Below, in pieces: positions 56,818-64,000 of a stretch of DNA of 64,000 nucleotides. This DNA comes from Dehalococcoidia bacterium (GTDB lineage Bacteria; Chloroflexota; Dehalococcoidia; Bin125), in contig OZ250140.1 in assembly GCA_965237475.1 (NCBI GenBank), forward strand, positions 1,763,549 to 1,827,548, in the 5' to 3' direction. Position 1 is the stretch's first letter, and each line of letters starts with the position of its first letter. The position numbers and the translations under genes are program-made. The notes under the pieces are model-generated. The model worked only from the letters and a program-made list of their open reading frames with translations. It did not search any database and had not been told where the DNA came from.

Positions 56818-58623
56818 CTAGCTGGCCCAGCCCACATCCGCCTGTCCGAAGTGCGGCTTGCCGTCGGCGAAGTGCTCGAACTCCAGGTCCGGGTTATGCG
56901 CGTAGACGGACGAATTGTAGTTGAGGTGGATGTGCCACGCACGCGAGACCATCACCCGGTTCAGCTCGCGGAAGGCTTCCGCCCGCGGCTCGGGGTCGAA
57001 GATCTCGGTCACCTTCTGGAACGCGGCCTGGACCTCGGCGTCCTTGTCGCCCGGCGGCAGGATGAAGTCGTACGGGCCCTCGGCCCGACCGAGGAACGCG
57101 ATCTGCTGCCAGGGGTCGGCGCGGACGCTCATGCCGCTCAGGAACGCTGAGGCCCGCTGCTCGAAGAACTCGATGTAGAAGTCGGGCGCCGGGCGCACGA
57201 TGATGTTCAGCTCGATTCCGAACTGCGCGAAGCTGGCCTGGACGAATTCTGCCCCCGTCACGCCATTTACGGGAACGTTCATGTCGAAGGCGAAGCCGTC
57301 GGGCATGCCCGCCAGAGCCAACTCCTCGCGCACCCGATCGGGGTCGTAGCGAATCAGGATCTCGTCGGGATCGTGGATGCCGGCCAGCGCGGGACCCAGA
57401 TAACCCCAGTGATTGGCGGGGTTCAGGTTCTCGTAGACCACCTCGACATACTTGTCGCGGTCGATCGCGTGGTTGAGGGCGAGTCGCAGATGCAGATTGC
57501 CCCACGGCTCGAGGTTCGGATTGAGGTAGATGAATCCGAGTGAATTGGTGCTCTTCACGCTGAGCGCAAAGCCCGCGTCCTCAACTCGTTCGAGGTCCTC
57601 GGCCGGCACGCCCGCCAGGAAGTCGAACTCCCCGGTCAGCAGCCCATTGACCTGCTGCGTCGGCTCGATTGACTGGAACAGCGTCAGCCGCTCCACTCGC
57701 GGCGCGCCGTCCTGCCAGTAGTCCGGGAAGTACTGCTGCACGTAGGGGCCGTCGATGTCCTCATCGACGTAGGTGAACGCACCGGTTCCGACCGGAGCCT
57801 CGCGGCTGTTCGGGGTGTTGATCCGATCGAACGCGCTGGGCGCCAGCAGCATCCCCGCGCGGTCGCCGAGCACGCGCAGCAGCGGCGAGAACGGCCCGGT
57901 CATCTCAAATACGGCAGTCGCATCATCGACCGGATCCACCCGATCGATCGCCGCAAGGTCAGCCTTCACGTTCGAACCGTCGACCGTCTTGCCCCGCTCG
58001 ACGTGCAGCCGCGTGGTGTCGGCCGTCAGGTCAGTCAGGTCGTGGTATTTGACGCCGCGACGCAGATTGAAGATGACCCGCAGTGGGTCGGGAATCTCCC
58101 AGCTCTCGGCCAGACTGCGTGCTTCGGTGGGCTCGAGTCCGGCGTTGTAGCTGACCAGGTTGTCGAAGATCGGCCAGAGGATCTGGTGGTCGCCGCCGCC
58201 AGTCCCCGTCGTGCCTTCGAGGCCGCTCACGTTCGTGGTGGTCGGCCAGAGCACTTCACCGGTCGGCGGCTGGGTGGTCGAGACCGTTTCCGCAGCCTGC
58301 TGCTGCACGGCCTGCTGGTCGGCGTCTTGGTCAGCCTGCTGGTCGGCATCGGCCTGCGCGGCCTGATCGTCGGCCTGCCGCTCCGTCTGTTGCGCGGCCT
58401 GCGTGGTGGCCTGCTGTTGATCCTGTTGCTGCGCCGCCGGCTGGTCCTGCTGTTCGGCCTGCTGCGCGACTTGCGCGGCGGCGGGCCCGTCATCGTCGTC
58501 ATCGCCGCAACCGACCAGGGCGATGCCGGCCGCGCCGACGCCTGCACGGGCGCTTACGCTCAGCAGCGTGCGCCGCGAGACGCGCCGCCTCGATATTCGG
58601 GTCCAATAGGTCTGCTCAGTCAT
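56818..58623 (-). CDS. ABC transporter substrate-binding protein, family 5, copy 2 (near-identical to copy 1)
   Basis: Same length (601 aa) and near-identical nucleotide sequence, including the Q/A-rich tether. Confidence 0.8.
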   Translation of the reverse strand: MTEQTYWTRISRRRVSRRTLLSVSARAGVGAAGIALVGCGDDDDDGPAAAQVAQQAEQQDQPAAQQQDQQQATTQAAQQTERQADDQAAQADADQQADQDADQQAVQQQAAETVSTTQPPTGEVLWPTTTNVSGLEGTTGTGGGDHQILWPIFDNLVSYNAGLEPTEARSLAESWEIPDPLRVIFNLRRGVKYHDLTDLTADTTRLHVERGKTVDGSNVKADLAAIDRVDPVDDATAVFEMTGPFSPLLRVLGDRAGMLLAPSAFDRINTPNSREAPVGTGAFTYVDEDIDGPYVQQYFPDYWQDGAPRVERLTLFQSIEPTQQVNGLLTGEFDFLAGVPAEDLERVEDAGFALSVKSTNSLGFIYLNPNLEPWGNLHLRLALNHAIDRDKYVEVVYENLNPANHWGYLGPALAGIHDPDEILIRYDPDRVREELALAGMPDGFAFDMNVPVNGVTGAEFVQASFAQFGIELNIIVRPAPDFYIEFFEQRASAFLSGMSVRADPWQQIAFLGRAEGPYDFILPPGDKDAEVQAAFQKVTEIFDPEPRAEAFRELNRVMVSRAWHIHLNYNSSVYAHNPDLEFEHFADGKPHFGQADVGWAS

Positions 58624-58837
58624 CTCGCTCTGCTCTCACGCTCATCGATCGGCGCCAGTCTGGCCGTTCGTGCGGCGACCCTAGCGAATTTTGCCAATGC
58701 CCGTCGTCCGCGCCCGAGCCGCTGCGCCGACCCGACCGCGGGACCGACTGAATCGAGGGCGCCTGCTCTCCCCTGCTCAGGCCAGGGCAGGCCCCACGGT
58801 GCCGGGGGAGAGCAGATCAGATGTGTTCAGAGCTTTC

Positions 58838-60632
58838 CTAGCTGGCCCAGCCCACATCCTTCTGCCCGAAGTGCGGCTTGCCGTCGCCGAAGTGCTCGAA
58901 CTCCAACGCCGGATCGTGGGCGAAGAAGGACGACCAGAAGTGCGTGTGGATGTGCCAGGCTCGCGAGACCATCACCCGGTTGAGCTCGCGGAACGCTTCC
59001 GCGCGCGGCTCCGGGTCAAAGATTTCGGTCACCTTTTGGAACGCGGCCTGAACCTCGGCGTCCCTGTCGCCGGGCGGCAACATGAAGTCGTACGGACCAT
59101 CTGCGCGGCCGAGGAAGGCCAACTGCTGCCAGGGGTCTGCGCGCACACTCATGCCGGACATGAAGGTGTTCACGCGCTTCTCGAAGAACTCCAGGTAGTA
59201 GTCCGGCGCCGGCTTGACCACGATGTTGAGGACGATCCCGTACTCGGCCAGGCTGGCCTGGATAAACTCTGCGCCCGTGATCGAGGTGCCGGGAATATTC
59301 ATGTCGAACTCAAAGCCGTCCGGGCGGCCGGCCAGTTCCAGTTCCTCGCGCACCCGAGCGGGGTCGTGCCGAATCAGGATCTCGTCAGGGTCGTGGATGC
59401 CGCCGAGCGCCGGCCCCAGGTAGCCCCAATGGTTGGCGGTGTTCAGGTTCTCGTAGACCACCTCGACAAACTTGTCGCGGTCGATTGCGTGGTTGAGCGC
59501 CTGGCGCAGGTGGATGTTGCCCCAGGGCTCCAGGTTGGGATTGAGGTAGATGAAGCCCAGCGCGTTGGTTTCGCGGACACTGATCGACTTGCCCGCATCC
59601 TCAACCCTGGGCAGGTCCTCCGGCGGGATCGAGGCGAGGAAGTCGAACTTCCCGGTCAGCAACCCGTTCACCTGCTGCGTCGGCTCGATCGACTGGGACA
59701 TCGTCAGCCGCTCCACTCGCGGCGCGCCGTCCTGCCAGTACTCCGGGAAGTACTCCTGGGTGTAAGGACCGTCCAGGTCCTCATCCACGTAGGTGAACGC
59801 GCCCGTGCCGACCGGCGCCTCGCGGCTGTTCGGCGTGTTGATGCGATCAAACGCGCTGGGCGCCAAGAGCATGCCCGCGCGGTCGCCGAGCACGCGCAGC
59901 AGCGGCGAGAAGGGCGCCGTCATCTCGAAAATCGCGGTCGTCTCGTCAACCGGATCGACCCGCGCAATCGCGGCCAAGTCGGCCTTCACGTTCGAACCGT
60001 CGACCGTCTTGCTCCGCTCGATGTGCAGCCGCGTGGTGTCCGCCGTCAGCTCGGTCAGGTCGTGATAGAGCACGCCCGAGCGAAGGGTGAAGATCACCTT
60101 GAGCGGGTCCGGAATCTCCCAGCTCTCAGCCAGACTGCGTGACTCGGTTGGCGTCAGAGTGGCGTCGTAGCTGACGAGATTGTCGAAAATCGGCCACAAC
60201 ACCTGGTGGTCGCCGCCACCAGTGCCGGTCGTGCCTTCCAAGCCGCTGACGTTGCTGCTCATCGGCCAACGGACTTCACCGGTCGGCACGTGCGCGGCGA
60301 CCGTCGCCTCCGCCACTGCCGCCTGTTGCTGCTCTTGTTGCTGCTGGGCGGCGGCCTGATCCTGCTGCTCGGCCTGTTGGGCCTGTTGCTCCGCCGCCTG
60401 CTCGGCCTGCTGTTGTGCCTGCTGTTGCGCCTGTTGGCGTGCCGGCTGTGCGGCCTGCTGCTGCTCCTGCTCAACCCGCGCGGCGGCCGGCGCGTCGCCA
60501 TCGTCGTCGTCGCCGCAGCCCACCAGGGCCAGGCCGGCCGCGCCGACGCCTGCACGGGCGCTTAGGCTCAGCAGCGTGCGCCGCGAGAGGCGCCGCCTCG
60601 ATATTCGGGTCCAATAGGTCTGCTCAGTCATC
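58838..60632 (-). CDS. ABC transporter substrate-binding protein, family 5, copy 3 (more diverged)
   Basis: Start MTEQTYWTRISRRRLSRRTLLS. The ORF track extends to 60694. About 75-80% identical to copies 1 and 2. Confidence 0.8.
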
Positions 60633-60797
60633 TCGGTCTCCACTCGTCGCCGCCGTCGAACCGGGTGGATCGACACACGCTGCATCGCGCCCACAAGTCT
60701 ATTGCGCGTAACGAGCGGCTGCTGTGATAAATCGCCTCGCCCTCATCCGGGCCCACTATCCTCTGCCCACACCGCCGCCGACTGAACTGGAACGCCG

Positions 60798-62069
60798 ATG
60801 ACCGAGCCGCTGAGCGGGATGCGCGTCGTGGAGATGGCCACAGCGCTACAGGGCCCGGCCGCCGGCGGCTTTCTGGCCGAGATGGGCGCCGACGTGATCC
60901 GCGTCGAGCCGCCCGGCGGCGATGGCTCGCGCTACGGGCGCGGCGTGAACAACGACAATCCCCCCGGCACGGTCGGCACGCAGTTCAACTCCACCAGCCG
61001 CGGCAAGCGCTCGATCAGCCTTGATGCGAAGTCCGAGGCTGGGCTCGAGGTGATCTACCGCCTGCTCGAAACCGCCGACGCGTTCACCAGCAACTATCGC
61101 GAAGCAGCGCTCGAGCGCCTGGGGCTGGGCTACGAGAGCTGCAAGCAGCGCAACCCGCAGCTCGTCTACGCGGTCGCCAACGGCTTCGGTCCCAAGGGAC
61201 CCCTCGCGGGCAAAGCGATGACGGACATCGCCGCGCAGGCGCGCGGCGGGTTGATGAGCATGATCGGCGAGGCCGACGGCCCGGTGATGCGCGCCGGCGT
61301 GACCGTCGCGGACCTCGGCGGAGCCATGCAACTGGCCTTGGCCACGGTCACCGCGTTGCTGGCTCGGGAGCGGCACGGGGTCGGTCAGAAGGTCAACGTC
61401 TCCGCCTACGGGGCACAGATCTGGCTGCAATCGTGGGAACTCAATCATGCGGGGCTGACAGGGCAGCATCTCGAGCGCGATGGCGCCCATCATCCCAACG
61501 TGCCTGGGATGGAGGCAATCTACGCGACGAGCGACGGCGGCTGGATCGCGATCTCGTTCGCGAAGACCGAAGATGCGTGGCAGGCGCTGTGCGAGTTCGG
61601 CGGCATCCCGGCGATCGGCACCGATGAGCGCTGGAACAGCGTGCAGAAGCGGGTGGGGATGTCGACCGACCCCGAGATCGCGCGCGCGGTGCGGCCGATC
61701 CTGGCAGCCGCCTTCCGCTCGCGCACGACCGCCGAGTGGGAGGCGTTCTTCGAGACGCAACCGCAGATCATCGCCAACCGCGTCTTCAATCACGCCGATG
61801 TGCTGAACGATCCGCAGGCGCGGGCGAACGGCTACATCACCGATGTCGATCTGCCGCCGATCGGAACCGTTCCGTTCGTCGGACCGCTGATCCACTTCAG
61901 CGAGACGCCGCCCTCGGTCAAGGGGCCGCCGCCCGAGCTCGACCAGCACACCGAAGAGATCCTGCTGGAGCTTGGCTACGACTGGGACGAGATCACCACG
62001 ATCACCGAGTCGACGAGAGCGCAGATGCGGCAACGCTTCCAGGCGCTGGGGCTCGATCCGCCCTACTGA
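60798..62069 (+). CDS. family III CoA-transferase (CaiB/BaiF)
   Basis: GMRVVEMATALQGPAAGGFLAEMGADVIRVEPPGGD... Confidence 0.8.
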   Translation: MTEPLSGMRVVEMATALQGPAAGGFLAEMGADVIRVEPPGGDGSRYGRGVNNDNPPGTVGTQFNSTSRGKRSISLDAKSEAGLEVIYRLLETADAFTSNYREAALERLGLGYESCKQRNPQLVYAVANGFGPKGPLAGKAMTDIAAQARGGLMSMIGEADGPVMRAGVTVADLGGAMQLALATVTALLARERHGVGQKVNVSAYGAQIWLQSWELNHAGLTGQHLERDGAHHPNVPGMEAIYATSDGGWIAISFAKTEDAWQALCEFGGIPAIGTDERWNSVQKRVGMSTDPEIARAVRPILAAAFRSRTTAEWEAFFETQPQIIANRVFNHADVLNDPQARANGYITDVDLPPIGTVPFVGPLIHFSETPPSVKGPPPELDQHTEEILLELGYDWDEITTITESTRAQMRQRFQALGLDPPY

Positions 62070-62095
62070 CCGCGACCGGAAGGGAGGCGCTGCCG

Positions 62096-63268
62096 ATGTC
62101 GATGCCGCTCGCCGGGGTGCAGGCGCTCGATCTGACGAGCGGTGTGGCCGGTCCCTACTGCACGAAGATCCTGGCCGACTACGGCGCTGACGTGATCAAG
62201 GTCGAGCCGCCGCGGCGCGGCGATGGATCGCGGCAGCTGGACGGCGCGGCAGACGACGACGCCACGGCTACTGCGCCGCTCTTCCTTCAGCTCAACACCA
62301 ACAAGCGCTCGATCACGCTCGACATCACGACCGCCGCGGGCGCCGACGTGCTCAAGCGCCTGCTTCGACGCGTCGACCTGCTCGTTGACGACGGTGCGCT
62401 CTCGGCTGCGGCTGCTGACGACGGGTGGACCCACGAAGCTCTCTCAGCCTCCAATCAACGGCTCGTGATGACCTCGATCTCGCCGTTCGGGCCCGACGGA
62501 CCTCACGCCGACTACCGGGCGACCGAGATCGTGCTCTCGGCGCTGGGCGGCTGGAGCTTCCCGATGGGCGACCCCGGTCGCGCGCCGCTGCAGCCTGGCG
62601 GGCCGTACATCGCCTACGTCGCGGGGCTCTGGGCCGCGACGGGGACGCTGACCGCGCTCTTCTCGGCGGGCCTGACCGGCTTCGGCCAGGAGGTCCACAT
62701 CTCGATGCTTGAAGCCGCCGCCGCCACCATCGTGGAAGACACGGTGCGCCACTCGTACACGGGCGAAGCGCGGGGCCGCTACGCGAACCACTGGGGCGCC
62801 GGCCTGATGCCCTCGCTGCAGCCCTGCGCCGACGGGCATGTGGTGCTGATGGGTGGGCCCTACCGCGATCAGATCTTCACGTTGCTTGGCCAGCCCACGC
62901 CGGCCGAGGACGATCGCCCCAGCGATGCTGAACTGCAGGCGCAGTTCCGGGAGTTCGCGGCCGAGCGCACGCGCGACGAACTCTTCCACGCCGCCCAGGC
63001 GCTGCGTCTGCCGTTCGCGCCGGTCGCGACCCCGCAGGAGATACTCGACTCGCCACAGCACCGCGACCGCGACTACTTCGCCGAGGTGTCGCATCCCGAG
63101 GCCGGCCGGCTGCGCCACACCGGCCTGCCGATCCAGCTGGGCGAATCGCCCGCTGTGGCCCCTCGCCCGGCGCCGACGCTCGGCCACGACAATCAGGATG
63201 TCTATATGGAGCTGGGCGGGCTGAGCCTCGACGAGATCGCCGCTCTGCAGCAGCGCGGCGTCGTATGA
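62096..63268 (+). CDS. family III CoA-transferase (CaiB/BaiF)
   Basis: Start MSMPLAGVQALDLTSGVAGPYCTKILADYGADVIKVEPP with a GGGAGG RBS. The ORF frame extends upstream to 61736. Confidence 0.8.
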   Translation: MSMPLAGVQALDLTSGVAGPYCTKILADYGADVIKVEPPRRGDGSRQLDGAADDDATATAPLFLQLNTNKRSITLDITTAAGADVLKRLLRRVDLLVDDGALSAAAADDGWTHEALSASNQRLVMTSISPFGPDGPHADYRATEIVLSALGGWSFPMGDPGRAPLQPGGPYIAYVAGLWAATGTLTALFSAGLTGFGQEVHISMLEAAAATIVEDTVRHSYTGEARGRYANHWGAGLMPSLQPCADGHVVLMGGPYRDQIFTLLGQPTPAEDDRPSDAELQAQFREFAAERTRDELFHAAQALRLPFAPVATPQEILDSPQHRDRDYFAEVSHPEAGRLRHTGLPIQLGESPAVAPRPAPTLGHDNQDVYMELGGLSLDEIAALQQRGVV

Positions 63269-63299
63269 ACCGCCGTCCCCGAGAGCTCGGCCGCTCACG

Positions 63300-64000
63300 A
63301 TGAGCACACCAACCAACGGCCCGGCGCTTGACGGCATCCGCGTGATCGACCTGACGATGGGATTCGCGGGTCCGCTCGCGACCAAGATGCTCGGCGGCCT
63401 TGGCGCCGACGTGATCAAGGTCGAAGCCACTCAACGGATCGACTGGTGGCGCGGCGCTGCGGCGAGCACGCCCGACGACCTGCGCTTCGAGCAATCGCCC
63501 ACGTTCAACACGACCAACCTCTACAAACGCGGGATCACGTTGAACCTGCGCGACGAACGCGGCCGCGCCCTGCTGCGCGGGCTGATCGAGATCAGCGATG
63601 TCGTGATCGAGAACTACAGCGCCCGCGTGATGGCCAACTTCGGCCTCACCTACGAGACGCTGCGGAGCTGGAAGCGCGACATCATCATGGTGTCGATGCC
63701 GGGCTTCGGCGCCAGCGGACCGTGGCGCGACTACGTCGCCTTCGGGCAGACCGTCGAAGCCGTCTGCGGTCTGACCCACTTCAACGGCTACCCCGACGAG
63801 GATCCACGGCTGCTCTCGAACGGGGCCGATCCGTTCGTGGGCGTCAACGGCGTGGTCGCGACGCTGCTGGCGCTCGTGCATCGCCAGCGGACCGGCGAGG
63901 GACAGCGCGTCGAGGTCGCGCAGATGGAGGCGATCACACCGTTCATTGGGCCCGAACTGTTGCGCTTCCAGATGGACGGCAGTGTGCGACCGCGGATCGG
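63300..64000 (+). CDS. family III CoA-transferase (CaiB/BaiF), 3'-truncated by the window edge
   Basis: ATG at 63300. LDGIRVIDLTMGFAGPLATKMLGGLGADVIKVEA...; the frame stays open to the end of the window. Confidence 0.7.
   Translation, partial: MSTPTNGPALDGIRVIDLTMGFAGPLATKMLGGLGADVIKVEATQRIDWWRGAAASTPDDLRFEQSPTFNTTNLYKRGITLNLRDERGRALLRGLIEISDVVIENYSARVMANFGLTYETLRSWKRDIIMVSMPGFGASGPWRDYVAFGQTVEAVCGLTHFNGYPDEDPRLLSNGADPFVGVNGVVATLLALVHRQRTGEGQRVEVAQMEAITPFIGPELLRFQMDGSVRPRI

Noticed and set aside
54689-60700. Regularly spaced ~2.1-kb direct repeats resembling an array
   Set aside because: The repeats are whole duplicated protein-coding genes (SBP family 5), not short CRISPR-like repeats. No CRISPR array or cas genes occur anywhere in the window.

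Overview
This is a 64-kb window from a very GC-rich (~68%) bacterial chromosome. The lipobox-plus-Tat binding proteins with long Q/A/D-rich tethers suggest a monoderm such as Chloroflexota/Thermomicrobia or Actinomycetota, but that is a guess. Most of the window is ordinary chromosome: rho, pyrG, a transaldolase, an M16 peptidase and a large CoA-ester/lipid catabolic neighbourhood. That neighbourhood holds several acyl-CoA dehydrogenases, a MaoC dehydratase, an enoyl-CoA hydratase, three carboxyltransferase-domain proteins, five family-III CoA-transferase genes (one a tandem fusion), two Liv-type branched-chain amino-acid ABC sets and a tandem triplication of family-5 substrate-binding proteins. 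Embedded in it are several accessory or defence-like loci:

- **tRNA-Lys islet (29585-31233).** A ~1.65-kb low-GC segment sits immediately 3' of tRNA-Lys(UUU). It carries a single 432-aa protein with no recognisable family (N-domain, coiled coil, C-terminal PD-(D/E)xK-like nuclease motif). A 22-nt tRNA-derived repeat lies 115 bp downstream of the tRNA, and a G10 run marks the far boundary. This is my best candidate for an undescribed single-gene defence or abortive-infection module.
- **Toxin-antitoxin pairs.** A Panacea-domain (DUF4065/SocA) antitoxin is paired with a RelE/ParE-fold toxin at 14731-15581. A canonical VapBC pair sits at 46856-47488.
- **Restriction-modification.** A 142-aa PD-(D/E)xK nuclease is convergent with, and overlaps, a Dam-like m6A methyltransferase at 19805-21066.
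- **Orphan ATPase.** An Arch_ATPase-type AAA protein (3476-4738) sits behind an AT-rich leader.
- **Pseudogene.** An acyl-CoA-dehydrogenase paralog is interrupted by an in-frame TAG at 15918-15920.
- **Repeats and motifs.** A 4 x 10-bp tandem repeat, an identical 15-mer upstream of two unrelated genes, and a family of GC-rich 'CTCCCCCT.AGGGGGAG' palindromes in intergenic regions.

Many long ORFs in the six-frame track are GC-driven shadow ORFs antisense to real genes and were rejected.
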